From Lytechinus pictus (lineage: Eukaryota): DNA of 64,000 nucleotides. Below, in pieces: positions 20,401 through 31,200 of the stretch. Both the position numbers and the translations under genes were made by a program. Within the stretch, counting starts at the first letter, position 1, and every line of letters begins with the position of its first letter. Below the pieces are notes generated by a model that was not told where the DNA came from, did not search any database, and saw nothing but the letters and a program-made list of their open reading frames with translations. The DNA lies in contig NC_087251.1 in assembly GCF_037042905.1 (NCBI RefSeq), positions 28,894,001 through 28,958,000 of the forward strand, written 5' to 3'.

Positions 20401-23251
20401 TGCAATAACAGTTTAAAGCTACTGAATTCATTCGATATGATTGGCTGAGAATTAACTTGTTAGAAATTGTGCCTTGTTATTATAACAAATCTGTATAAGA
20501 CAGGACTCTGAACCCATTGCATATTACCTGGATGATCTCGACCAACAGCTCGTATAGCTGCTAGTATTGAGCTGGTAGGGGGTGAAGCAAACACAGATCC
20601 AGCGATAGCACCACTCAACATTCCACGTCCAACATAACCTACAACATATCACAAGAGCAATAAGATGATCACTGTAGATGATGAACGCAAATGATGGAAG
20701 GAAAAAAAAAAATAAACCCAATGAATAACAAAAATATATTGGTACACACACACACAATGTAGAGTATGCACATTCTCCACTCCCTGGGGAATATTTTCAG
20801 CCAGTCACCATTGAGGCACAGAGTTGCACACAGTACTGGACAAGTTGTTATGACTTTCACATCCTATCGGGTACCCATTTAGCAGAGAGAGTGGCAGAGT
20901 GTGGAGTAACACCTTGCCAAAGGATGCTATGCCGTGGTAGGATTTGAACACACGACCCTCTCATTACAAGGAGAGAGTCAGAACCACTACACCACGGCTC
21001 TTCCATTGGTTGAAAATCAAGTTGTGACTGATTCTTAGACTTGTGTTTAATTACAATTATTTCTGTAACGGTCTTCTGGGCATAATGAATGCAAAACATT
21101 GGTCTCTTATTCTTCCCATTAAAGGGTGTATCTCACGGAGCAATGAATGCAGGCAATCTTTTTTTTTTAGTTTACCAACTTTTATGATGAGCGTTGCACA
21201 TCCTACCAAACTGCCTTCAATTCCTTTGGAAGTGCACAGGGACAAAATATATGTTTATCCCTTCAGGGTCAAAATACAAGCTAAATTGTGATTCATTTCT
21301 GTACAGAGGTTAAAGGCAAATATTAACTTAAGATTTTATTAAAAAACCCTCATTTTCATACTTGAAATGGTGTCAATATTTGAGTAATAGTTCAGGAATA
21401 TAAGGCAAAAAAATGGATGCAAACAATTTTGTCTGTCCAGAAAAGCATGTATAAATAAATGTATATAAAGGGAGGTAAAAAGTGTGCGGAATAGCATGGT
21501 GTTCAACTTCTAATGACTCCCGGGGGGGCCACTTCCATTCACGAGTGGATACCATGCGCGACCATGGGGTCTCGAAAAGCACCCTAAACACGTAATTTCC
21601 ATATTCTGAAAATGCACCCCTTAACAAGTATTGGCGCGTGAAACCCTACCCTTAACAAGTATTGGAAACAAAACGATACTCTTGGCAAATATTCCCTGTT
21701 ATGAACCCCTAAACAAGTACAGGAATGTTTTATTGTTACGGTCGTCGGCTTTACCTTATTTGGTTTAGTACGACCCCACTTTCTACACCTCGCGCAAATC
21801 GGACTCTAAACACGAAGTGTTGGGGCAAAATGGACATCCTTTATAAAACATTTTAATTTTGTTTTATCATTCCCGCAAATTCGACCCTAAACACGTAATT
21901 TTCCTAGCGAAATAGACACCCTATTTTCATTATTTTTGTGTTTTTGACACCCTTATCACGTTACGTAGGTAACGTGCCCTATCGTGAAAAGGACATCCTT
22001 TTTACGTGTTTTTTTGGTCGCGCATGGTATCCACTCGTCAATGTAAGTGGCCCCCCCGGGTAATGACTGTGCCCCCCTGCATACACATGTATGTATGTGT
22101 ACGAGATGGTGTGTGTAGGGAAATGTGTGCACAGTAGCAGCCTGCACCGACGGTGGACCTAGTGTCTGTATGGAGACAGCAGGACAGAGTGGGTCCATTT
22201 CACCATTTCAATTTATTTTCTGAAGATGTTTATACTAATATCCCTGATTGTAACCCATCACCTGCGTTTCATGAAAAATTACTCAGGTGATAGCAGCTTT
22301 CTTTAAGTCGTGGTATTTTTAGGAGACCTATATTAATTAAAGGTCAAGTCAACCCCAGGAAAATGCTGACTTGAATAAATAGAGAAAAATCAACCTAGCA
22401 TAGTGCTGAAAATTTCATCAAAATCGGATGTAAAATAAGAAAGTTATGACATTCTAAAGTTTCGATTATTTTTCACAAAACAGTGCTATGCACAACTAGG
22501 TGAGTCAGTCGATGATGTCCATCACTCACTATTTCTTTTGTGTTTTATTGTTTAAATTATACAATATTTCATTTTTTTATAGATTTGACAATAAGGACCA
22601 ACTTCACTAAACCATATAGTATTAAACAATGCTAATTCCATATGTTCAGGGAGGAATTAATTGTTGTATCACTTGACAATGAGGAGAAAATTAGAATATT
22701 TCATATTTCGTATAATAAAATACAAAAGAAATAGTGAGTGGATGACGTCATAGTCTTCTCATTTGCATACCAGCAAGGATGTGCATATAACTGTTTTGTG
22801 AAAATATGCGAATCTTTAAAATGTCATAACTTTCTTATTTTACATCCGATTTTGATGAAATTTTCAGTGTTATGCTTGTTGGATTTTTCTCTTTTTATTT
22901 AAATCAACTTTTTGTTGGGGTGGACTTGTCCTTTAATACTTCAAAGTACAAATTGTATGACTCCACTCCCTCCTATTTGTCCATCAGCTTTTTACAGTAG
23001 TTTCTGTATTTATTCAAATTTCCATCTCAACAATCCTTACCTGCATGGGCTGGTTCATGGCCAGAGCCTCCCCCAGAAAGTAACGTCACCTTTCCACTCT
23101 TTTTAACATCATTCAAATCATCTCGCAAAACCACTCGGTGACCAGCTAATTTGGTGATACCTGGTGTTATAGAAATTAGTCCTTCTATCGCTTCATCAAC
23201 GCATCGATCGACGTCATTTGTAAGCTTTTTGGTGGGTTGAGTAGTAGTCAT
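5245..23251 (-). CDS. TKFC: Triokinase/FMN cyclase (dihydroxyacetone kinase, fused DhaK-DhaL), 13 coding exons, 589 aa
   Basis: Manual splice model: complement join(23041-23251, 20528-20638, 15734-15915, 14721-14799, 13770-13894, 12731-12905, 11156-11278, 10296-10436, 9008-9142, 8213-8316, 7549-7686, 5659-5748, 5245-5400) = 1770 nt. All introns are GT-AG with compatible phases. DAK motifs present: [73 protein letters not shown]. Confidence 0.95.
5659..5748 (-). CDS. TKFC: TKFC coding exon 12 (LDPLDAAY...DAVK)
   Basis: gatcag acceptor, gtgagt donor, 90 nt in phase 0; continues the GDRTM-LD motif. Confidence 0.88.
6033..7218 (-). mobile_element. Non-autonomous Helentron-type element (HINE / DINE-1-like) with internal ~120-bp tandem repeats, copy 1
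   Basis: Subterminal inverted repeat GTCTCGCCTGCAT near one end pairs with ATGCAG(A/G)CGAGAC at the other. Also a local hairpin, a (GCC)n microsatellite, T-rich termini on the minus strand and ~8 internal ~120-bp units. The same family occurs at 19208, 23466 and 36286. Confidence 0.75.
7549..7686 (-). CDS. TKFC: TKFC coding exon 11 (FYGLFM...[11 protein letters not shown])
   Basis: gtag acceptor, gtaagt donor, DhaL GDRTM motif. Confidence 0.93.
8213..8316 (-). CDS. TKFC: TKFC coding exon 10 (AMKTW...[10 protein letters not shown])
   Basis: acag acceptor, gtgag donor, MGGSSG motif. Confidence 0.92.
8821..8896. repeat. (ATATT/ATATC/ACATC)n pentanucleotide microsatellite
   Basis: Directly visible. 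Confidence 0.85.
9008..9142 (-). CDS. TKFC: TKFC coding exon 9 (...[22 protein letters not shown])
   Basis: ccag acceptor, gtacgg donor, DhaL nucleotide/Mg-binding LD..GDGDCG motif. Confidence 0.93.
10296..10436 (-). CDS. TKFC: TKFC coding exon 8 ([10 protein letters not shown] plus inter-domain linker)
   Basis: atag acceptor, gtaag donor, 141 nt in phase 1/1; D.PT.A.AWP motif. Confidence 0.88.
11156..11278 (-). CDS. TKFC: TKFC coding exon 7 ([24 protein letters not shown])
   Basis: ttcag acceptor, gtgagt donor, FMTSLEM.G.SLT motif. Confidence 0.93.
12196..12283 (-). mobile_element. Probable tRNA-derived SINE head fragment
   Basis: Minus strand has a B-box-like GTTCGAGTCC and a weak A-box-like segment; no complete cloverleaf. 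Confidence 0.35.
12731..12905 (-). CDS. TKFC: TKFC coding exon 6 (...[19 protein letters not shown]...)
   Basis: gatag acceptor, gtaagt donor, LVNNLGG motif. Confidence 0.93.
13052..13246 (+). mobile_element. 5'-truncated SINE body with short repeat tail
   Basis: GTCAGACCAAAAGACGTTAAAAGATGGGAGTTGCTGCTACCCTGTTTGGCGTTCAACG resembles, from memory, the MetaSINE central domain. It ends in AATAAA plus (GGATTTTC)n. Confidence 0.45.
13770..13894 (-). CDS. TKFC: TKFC coding exon 5 ([14 protein letters not shown]...GIHGEAG)
   Basis: atacag acceptor, gtgagt donor; contains the catalytic His motif GIHGE. Confidence 0.93.
14721..14799 (-). CDS. TKFC: TKFC coding exon 4 ([15 protein letters not shown]...)
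   Basis: AAG acceptor, gtaag donor; matches the DAK AGA.AE.G.SL motif. Confidence 0.88.
15734..15915 (-). CDS. TKFC: TKFC coding exon 3 ([13 protein letters not shown]...[12 protein letters not shown])
   Basis: AAG acceptor, gtatga donor; KNYTGD and RRGLAG motifs. Confidence 0.93.
16394..17422 (-). CDS. Tc1-like transposase, DD34E, intact ORF (342 aa from ATG 17422)
   Basis: N-terminal paired-like HTH and GRP motif (RSGRP). Catalytic motifs [15 protein letters not shown] and SPDLNPIE, with 34 residues between the second D and the E. No stops or frameshifts. Confidence 0.95.
   Translation of the reverse strand: MPRHHLSETDVARALGMLEAGLSQRRVARMMGVSHSVISRANQRHRETGLYSERPRSGRPVSTTPRDDRYLTNLSLRNRFHSAHRLNNDFAAATGVIVSTQTIRNRLHRANMHARRPAQCVPLTPAHRRIRLNWAREHVRWTRQQWRRVLFTDESRFSLDHNDGRSRVWRRPGERFADPCIAEHDRYGGGSVMVWGGITYANRTRLYVVPGGAMTGVRYRDEVLEPIVVPFAENVGQNIIFMDDNARAHRARVVTEFLEGQGIERMEWPARSPDLNPIEHVWDMMGRSLDQLEAHPLGLQQLGVALEAAWDALDVRDINRLISSMRQRCEAVIAAGGGHTRY
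17721..18228 (+). pseudogene. Inverted 5'-truncated duplicate of the C-terminal half of the same transposase
   Basis: ORF 17704-18228 is identical to the minus-strand transposase from RFADPC onward except for two residues. It lacks the DNA-binding domain and the first catalytic D. Confidence 0.9.
19208..20160 (-). mobile_element. HINE/DINE-1-like element, copy 2
   Basis: Same termini (AACAAGTGGAATGCCTCTGG ... ATGCAGGTGAGACAAAAA) and the same ~120-bp internal units as 6033-7218. Confidence 0.75.
20363..20510. mobile_element. Short degenerate MITE family (relatives near 7390-7530, 12600-12700, 61218-61355)
   Basis: Shared core AAGCTACTGAA.TC....TGATTGGC and imperfect GGG.CC.GTTTCAT / ATGAAAC.GG.CCCTG ends. 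Confidence 0.4.
20528..20638 (-). CDS. TKFC: TKFC coding exon 2 ([21 protein letters not shown]...)
   Basis: tgtag acceptor, gtaat donor; GYVG.GML and VFASP motifs. Confidence 0.93.
20760..21000 (-). mobile_element. tRNA-derived SINE
   Basis: Minus strand reads GAGCCGTGGTGTAGTGG (A box) ... GTTCAAATCC (B box), followed by a SINE-like body (CCTTTGGCAAGG...AAATGGGTACC). The 3' boundary is approximate. Confidence 0.7.
21519..22060. mobile_element. MITE with CCCGGGGGGGCCACTT termini and 8-bp TSD (TAATGACT)
   Basis: ~45-bp imperfect TIRs; TAATGACT at 21511-21518 and 22061-22068. Confidence 0.9.
22341..22932. mobile_element. Kolobok-like non-autonomous DNA transposon, TTAA TSD
   Basis: TTAA|AGGTCAAGTCAACCCCA ... 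TGGGGTGGACTTGTCCT|TTAA, with long imperfect subterminal inverted repeats. Confidence 0.8.
23041..23251 (-). CDS. TKFC: TKFC coding exon 1 ([12 protein letters not shown]...[12 protein letters not shown])
   Basis: ATG at 23251 with an acceptor (tttttag) 8 nt upstream, implying a further non-coding 5' exon; donor gtaagg at 23040. Confidence 0.93.
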
Positions 23252-23465
23252 TGTACAACCTAAAAAGTTATAGTAATAACAGAACACATTGCATTAAAAT
23301 ATGCAAGAAAAAAATTACCGTAGACCAATCAGATATGATTATTTACGTTCGGGACCAACATTTAATGTCCCTATTCCGAAAGACGTGTCCAACTCTCAAA
23401 CCTCAAACATCTGCATCAATTTGCAAACTTCCCCAGTCTACCTTGGATTACAGGTGCATGCCACT

Positions 23466-24016
23466 AGTTCATTGACCTTTGACCTTGGTCATGTGACCTA
23501 AAATGCGCACAGGATGTTCAGTGATACTTGATTACTCTTATGTCCAAGTTTTATGAACTAGACCAACATACTTTCAAAGTTATGATGGTAATTCAACAAA
23601 TACCCCCAATTTGGCCAAAGTTCATTGACCCTAAATGACCTTTGACCTTGATCATGTGACCTGGAACTTGCACAGGATGTTCAGTAATACTTGATTACTA
23701 TTATGTCCAAGTTTCATGAATCAGATCCATAAGCTTTCAAAGTTATGATGGTAATTCAACAGATACCCCCAATTCGGCCAAAGTTCATTGACCCTAAATG
23801 ACTTTTGACCTTGGTCATGTGACGTGAAACTCATGCAGGATGTTTAGTGATACTTGATTAACCTTATGGCCAAGTATCGTGAACTAGGTCCATATACTTT
23901 CTAAGTTATGCTGTCATTTCAAAAACTTAACCTTAGGTTAAGATTTGGTGTTGACGCCGCCGCCGTCGGAAAAGCGGCGCCTATAGTCTCACTCTGCTAT
24001 GCAGGTGAGACAAAAA
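23466..24016 (-). mobile_element. HINE/DINE-1-like element, copy 3 (one end missing)
   Basis: Same internal units and GCCGCCGTCGGAAAAGCGGCGCC...GAGACAAAAA end; lacks the AACAAGTGG end. Confidence 0.72.
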
Positions 24017-24115
24017 TAGAAAAAAATGGCGAAAGAAAAGAAAGATAACTAAAATATGAAAGAAGCTATTAATACTTTCAAAGAAAAAAAGCTAAAAAAA
24101 AGCAGTGGAAAAAAT

Positions 24116-27100
24116 CACTCCTAGTACCAATGAGGTCCAAACATTAACATGTATGGACCTCATAGGCGACATTACCCAAATTATGGGTTGGACAATGCTG
24201 TTCTGATTTCCAACCCAAGACTTTGGTAAATGTACACCTTAATACAAGTTAGAGTTATCCGATATACCTTTCATTCGGACGGCAAACCTTTATTTAGTTG
24301 TAAAAATAGTTGAAATTAAAATCGATTATTGTTAAACTTACATTTCAGGCCCTTTTTGTTGATTTTCGGTGAGCGTTCCACACAGCTGCGACGAGTGATC
24401 AACTCCGAAGTGATACGCGTACTGGTCAGCTGATCGGTCAGGTGATCGGTTGGTTATCTTTTTGTCAGACGTTCATAATTTATGTTAAGCGTATCAATCT
24501 TCAGTATCTTGATTTCAAAGCATCAGTATTGCAGAGAAAAGTCATTATTGATTGGAATCAGTGGCGGGGGGGGGGGGGGTTGGGGTGAGCATTTCTGCCC
24601 GTTCCCCCTTTTGAGATTTATAGTAAACATTTTGGAATTAAATATTTTGTTAATACTAGTTATGTGCCCCCCCCCCTCCCTTATGAGAATCACAGCATTA
24701 TTTGTAATGGGGATATTTCGTTCATATTCTTTTCTCTTTTTTGCCTTTTTTTTGCTTGTCAAATTTTACTGGGAACAAATTAACAATATGACTTTCTATA
24801 CATCACTTTTAGGGACAAACTTTTTATGGGGGTGGGGGCTTGCCAAATATAACGGTGGAAAAAGTGACCTTCTTTTTTAGTGACAACTTTATAAAAAAAT
24901 TGTCAAATTTTACGCGAGACAAAATGACCTTCGATCATTGCTATAGTTAAAACTTTTTTTTTTTTTTGGGGGGGGGGGTTGCCAAATATCACGTGGACAA
25001 AATGACTTTCCCTTTTCTTATTTTTGTGGGGGGGGGGGGGGGCTTGCCGAATATTACGCGGACAAAATGACTTTCATTTTGAGTGACCATTTTTTTTTTA
25101 ACTTGTCAAACTTTACGCGAGACAATATAATGACCGTTTTTTTTTTTTTAGTAAGAACCTTTTTTGGGAGTTGTCAAATTTTACTTGAGAAAATTCACCC
25201 CGCCCCCCCCCCCCTACTTAATTTGGAAAATCTTGGATGCGCCTCTATATAGTTTGAATCATAATGAAGATTAAGATCATGCGTATAGATAGCTTACATC
25301 CACGGCAGAGGCGTAAACCGCCGGGGGCATGCAGGCTGGCCCTTGATCCCCGGTCCAGTGGATTTCACACAAAAAAAACGGGATAAGAGAAAAGGAATGA
25401 AGGAAGGAAAAGAAAGAAAGAAAGAAAGACAGAAAGAGAAAGGGAAGAGAAATAAAAGGCCATAAAAAAGCAAAAGGAAAGAAAAATGCATGCGAGAATA
25501 ATTCCAAATGTTATGTCAAAATCTATTGCAAAATTGATATTTGTAATAAAAGTGACAAAGGTTTTGCTCGCTCGCCTCTTCATCTGGTAGGCGCGTAGCT
25601 AGGGGCGGTGCCCCCCGAAAAGGTCCCTCCCCCCAAAAAAAAATAAGGAGGGAATAGAGAAAATAAAAAGCGAAATGAGAAAAGGGGGATGTATATAACT
25701 TAGTTTATAATTGTTTTTCCTTTTTTTGGGGGGAAGGGGTCAAAACATTAACGTTATGTTTTTCTATAAATAGGTCTAATTGCTAAATATCCAGAGATAT
25801 CGAGACCCACCTGCTGATATTGCACTGGGGGTACACGATGGAAGGGTTAGGCCTAGGGGCCCCCGAAAGTTCTACAACCAAGATAAAAAAGAAATGAAGG
25901 GAATTAATGAAAAGAAAAGGAAAAGTGTAAGTTAAGATATCTATCTCAAATTTAGATTTGCACGAAAAGTTTTTTTCTCGCTTGCTTCACTCGCTTGGAA
26001 CATATAAACTTTATTCCCACGCGCCATGTATGCCTACATTGGCCCTCTTTCTTTCTTTTATTTATTATTTTTTTTACTCATCACGCTACCGTACTGCCAC
26101 ACACGGGTTTGCCCTAATGATCGTGGACAATCATAAAAAATATAATTTTCATACCATGTGACTGGGAAATTTTTGGCTCCACCCCCCCCCCCCCCCTCGA
26201 TCCCTGTATCGATTTTGACTTGATAGGGGCCTATACCTGATGGAATTAGCTTCATTCAATATAAAATCATAACGGATAGAACGCCTTGAATACAGGCCAA
26301 ACAGCCTAACGACATTGCCGTGTCACGTGACAACCAGTATTAAACGAGAATGTGCACAACCCTATGGCGTCAAAATTTGCCGCAAAAGTTGAGCAAGTTC
26401 TGGACAAAAAGGCTTCAATACCCCAAGAAAAGCACTCCTAGTACCAATGAGGTCCAAACATTAGCATGTATGGACCTCATAGGCGACAATGCGTTAAAAA
26501 CAGGTTAGAACTTCTAACCGTACTGTTTCCTGCACCCAAGTATGATATTACTCCCAAAATATGAGTTTTGTCCTCGTTTGTTTATCATTTATTAAAAGAT
26601 TGCCCATTAAATATATTCCTATTCCTAATTTGAATTTAATAAAATAAAGGGAAACTTACATCTGAGTCATTTTTCGATCTTTTTTTGGCAGTCAGTCCGG
26701 TCACCGTCGAGTGCGATCAAAGCGGTATGAAGCTGATTTTCAGATCACGTGATACGTGTGGTCATCACCTGATCAATCGACTATCCTTTTTTTACCACCG
26801 CAACAATTATAAATTTTATTATAAAATATATATAGAATAAATTATTGCATAATATTATGTATATTTCTACAATTAAAAAATATTTTGTGATATAAATTTA
26901 ATATTTGACGTAAAAATCGCTATTGAACAAAATATTTATTAAAAAATAAAAAATAAAACAAAATAAAAAAGCCTTGGACACAGTGCAAAAAACCTAACGA
27001 TTTGGCCGCGTTGTTAACAACTATCGTAAGGGGCGCTTTATTTATAAATAAAAAAAAATGTACAGCTGTCTACCGCGACGTGGTTTGTCGCAAGATTTGG

Positions 27101-27494
27101 GACAAATCCGTGGGAATTCTGGAGAAAATACATCAAAAGAACTGGTGAGTACCGTTTAAACATTATCAAATTACTAAATAGATTATACATACCTTGTAGA
27201 TTTAGTTTTTAAGGTGATATTAGTGCTTAGTTCTAAGCTAGGGAGGCCCAAACGCGCGTGAGCGGAGTCCCACTTTATTAACACGGGTAAGTATTGCGGT
27301 GTCGCCTAGAGTGAAGAAAAGACCAGGCGAGTACTATTTATACATTTTTTCAATTTAGTAATATCTAGAGTCTAATTTAAGAACATATTTCGTCATGGAG
27401 CTCCATGGTAAGATCAAGTAATTTAAGTCCAACATTTAATTCGCGTGCACTCACTTTTTTAACACAGGAATTAATAGCCTTGGTGCTTAGAGTG
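24116..27494. mobile_element. Non-autonomous DNA transposon with CACTC...GAGTG termini and 8-bp TSD (GAAAAAAT), outer copy
   Basis: GAAAAAAT at 24108-24115 and 27495-27502. Homologous in blocks to the nested copy at 26433-27313 and carries extra poly-G/C MITE-like insertions at ~24480-26250. Confidence 0.75.
26433..27313. mobile_element. Same-family CACTC...GAGTG element with 8-bp TSD (AAGAAAAG), nested inner copy
   Basis: AAGAAAAG at 26425-26432 and 27314-27321. The first ~55 nt differ from the outer copy's left end by a single base. Confidence 0.8.
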
Positions 27495-27789
27495 GAAAAA
27501 ATAGTCATTTCTTGAGCTTCTTTCTGATTTTTTTTGGTGTAGGCCTAGCAATCTTAAAAAAAAAAAATCTTGGTTTTCAACCAGCTCCAGCTATCTAGCT
27601 CCCTCCCCCATCTCCACAAACTAGTGCTCAGCCTTATCTTGAGTTTAAGTTACCTTAAAATAACGAAATTCACTCTCTAGCACTTCAGTCAAATCATCCC
27701 AACTTTCTAAGTCACAAGATTATCAGTTTGGACAAAACGCGAAAATCAACGAGTGGGGCTGCAACTAACTCTTACTATTAGGTACTCAC

Positions 27790-28050
27790 TGGTACAGTAT
27801 GCCTTCTACAGATCTGTGCAATAATCCTGGGTGACGATCAGTCAAATCTCCATCCACAAACATGTAAAATGGTCATGAAAGCCACAATTTATCATTCATT
27901 TGCATCTGCTATGTACCGGTATGCAGGTTCTCCAATAATTGCAATATCTGCACAGCTCAGGAACTTGGGATCGTAACGCATGCCAGACCACGCCCCCTCG
28001 GCCTCCGCATATCACCTGCACCCATAGATACTAATTATTGCGTTATTAGT
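27790..28050 (-). promoter_or_regulatory. Candidate TKFC non-coding first exon / promoter
   Basis: Strong minus-strand donor (ca|GTGAGTAC at 27789), a GC-box-like CCACGCCCCC near 27989, and unique sequence between transposons. Inferred only. Confidence 0.3.
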
Positions 28051-28265
28051 ATACATCTATATGCCTGCACCCCATCCCAAAATAAAACTTGGATAAATCA
28101 TGGTATGGGGACTGGGCCCTGGGGACCCTGGGAACCACGGCCTTCGGCATAGATCAAAAGTAAATCACGGGAGTAAAGTAAATCATGTGGGCATCAACGA
28201 AAAGACAATAGACAAGGAGAGCGCATAGACCTTTATCAAATTGTTATCCGAAGTAAATGACTAAT

Positions 28266-31200
28266 TAGTAGGGGAGAGAGATAGGGTTCCCATGCACCCG
28301 AATGATATATTTTTTTAACCTACATTTTTGTAATCCGTAAGATGTGTAGTGAATGAATTTTGATGTTCCCAGAACGAAATATTGTCCCATGGGGTTCAAA
28401 TTCAAGATGGCGTCCAAAATGGCCGCCATATATATTCATGGGATTTGGTTTTTCGTACATAGATTCCGACACAAACATTCATTTGCCACAAAATTAGTGT
28501 CATATGAAAGATAAATGATTTTTCTACAAGTCGAAACTATTCATAAGTGATGAAAAGCTAATTCGGCTGAGATTTTGATAAGAAAAGTGCAATTTTGAGA
28601 ATTTTTTCCAAAAAATTGAAAATTTGTGAAATACATGATTTACCATAAAGCTAAAGAAAATTAAGGCATCGCCTCAAAAATTTCTAGAAAACTTTCCTAA
28701 TATACAACTATTAAGTGGACGAAATTCCAAATTGATATCGTTTTTAGTCACAAACTTATAATGTCTCAAACTTGAAAATTCAATTTTCAGAAATTTAGCT
28801 TTTTTACTGCATATCGGAGACTTGGATACACTAATGTATATTGTCACATTTTCAACCCAGAAAATGGAGATAGGCCTTAATAAAATGCGAAATTATCTAT
28901 TATTTTGTTGGTAGAATTTACTACAATCCCTTTATTCTACAATATAAAGTCGGGTGATTTAGTTTTTGAAAGAATTAAGACTTTTGGTCAAAATTTGTAT
29001 GTTTTTGGTAAAAAAAATGCACATGCATTGTTATTAATCAGATTTATTATGAATATCAGTAATAAATGCACAATCTCAACATTCGATATGAAAGAGGATG
29101 TATCAACGAGAATATTGGCAGGCTTCATGCCACCATGAGTATCTTCATTTGCTTTAGAAAGAAGGAAAATATGCTGAATGTATTAAGCGATTTTGCGCTA
29201 AAGTGAGGCCAAAAAGCAACCTCGGTGTGGCAGTCACACCCATGAAAACTATTGCAAAGTGATGAATGGTATGCCATTCAAATAATACAATAGCTTGGAT
29301 CAGCTTCTCGCATCGATTGTGTTGGTATGACTAACACACCTTAATGTACAGTATGTAATGTGCATCGTAATAGAAATGTATCTGATTCAGAAGGATGTAA
29401 AGGCAAAAAAAGTGTTTCTGTTACATCATAAAGAATTTATTTAATTGAGTCTTTTGAAAACAGTTATCATACACTAGCACTGCAGGTGCTGACACATCAA
29501 TACACAACTGAAAGGAACATGTCAAAGCTACCTCCACCTTATCTGTATTTTGAATTTATGGCCTGTATTCCAAAATCAGGTTTATTTTCCAACACGTTCT
29601 AACTCTTTTCTAAATTTATGAAGAGCCAAAATTCTGTTTATTGTATATATCTTATGTTTACAACTCTGTTCCGTTTGCTTTCATAATGAAGGAAAAAACC
29701 TCAATTATCATTCTCAGACAACTATGAACCGTTTGGGGGTCAATATTAATGAAATTGGCTCTCCACGTCAGTAAAAGTCATTGGGGGTAATTCTGTCGCC
29801 AGTCAAAAAGTGATCATAATTAGAAAACCATAACTTAGTTCAGATGACCGAAGATCTGACATGATATCTGATGATCGTTTACCAAAACAAAAGAAATCAC
29901 GATCAAAATCAAAATGTCGAAAGAACTAACCAATCAGCGAAATGGACACAGCAAACGATACTATCACAGATCATGATCATTATCAGTCTAAAGACAGTCT
30001 ATCCAACTTTGCATAATTTGACACAATACACACCAATGGGCCACACACAGTTGTAAATTCAGAAGGTACAGTAGCATTTGCTAACATTTACATATGCCCA
30101 CAGAGTCGGTCAACATAAGCTCTACCTAAGAGTTGACTCACGTGCAAGTACTAAGACCCCACTAAGACTATCATAGTACGTACGCCAAGGAAATATAAAG
30201 TTCAAAGTGGGAATCATTAGTGAAACAAACACCAGTAAAACTTGAAGCTTATGGAGAGATTCCAATTAAATGTAAAGGTACACTTGACATAAAATGTTAC
30301 AGTCCGAAATGGTCAACACAGACATTCTATGTACCAGATGTCAAGGTTTCAGCTATCCTTGTGTTGTTAGGTTGCACTGACCTTGTAATTATCACAATTC
30401 ACTCAATGTACAATTATGACACACCTACACCTAACCCTAAACCTAAACAATCACCTATCACGCGTGCTAAGGGTCTCTAACAAGCATTTTCAGAGCACTT
30501 CGATGCTATTGGTAGTTTCAAAGGAAAAGCGATGCTTCATGTCAAGGACATCGCTAAACCTACCATAGACGCACCACGCAAGTGCAGCACACTAATTGAA
30601 GGACAAGATCAAGATCAACGTGGAACACAACAAGAAAATGTACTTGTTCATGGAGACGGCAAAGCAAGATTAAGACTCGGTGTTCAACAGCTCCAAGTGC
30701 ACAATCAAGAAAGAAGCTATCAACTTCTTTGGCTCCAAGTGCACTAGATCAGATATCTACCCAGATCCTAGCAAGGTAGAAGCCAACACATTACCCAAGT
30801 ACTATTACCCAAGGACAAAGAGGATGTTCAGAAATGCCTAGTATTGTTCAAATACCTAGCAGCATATGTTCCTTATTTGTGGGAAAAGTCAGCATCACTT
30901 CGATAACTTCTCCACAAGAAAGTACTGTTTATCTGGGACGATGATCATGAACATTCCTTGAACAGCCTGAAATGTGCAGTATCATCAGGTGCATGTCTAC
31001 AGTTCTATGACCCAGAGAGAGAGAGAACTGTCGAGATAGATACATCAATGAAAGATCTAGGAGCATGCCTGCTTTAGGAAGGTAACCTGTTGCGTTTGCA
31101 TCCAAAGTCTTTCCACTGCACATTCCAACTACTCAAACATAGAGGGAAATCTTAGTCCTAATGTTTGGTATCAAACGCTGCTATAATATCTGTTCGCGAA

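Noticed and set aside
20930..21000. Possible tRNA gene
   Set aside because: A and B boxes are present, but the cloverleaf is imperfect and the sequence runs into a SINE-type body.
23444..23466. Alu-like string GGATTACAGGTGCATGCCAC
   Set aside because: Only ~20 nt with no other Alu sequence; a chance match, not primate contamination.
24116..24170. Hairpin as miRNA, snoRNA or Helitron 3' end
   Set aside because: The stem is too short for a pre-miRNA, there are no C/D or H/ACA boxes, and homology extends past CTAG to a boundary with an 8-bp TSD, which Helitrons do not make.
24330..26790. Two apparent duplicated alternative first exons of TKFC (GTAAGT donors near 24340 and 26659)
   Set aside because: Both lie at equivalent positions inside the two nested CACTC elements, so the duplication is explained by the transposon. 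Exaptation cannot be shown without RNA data.
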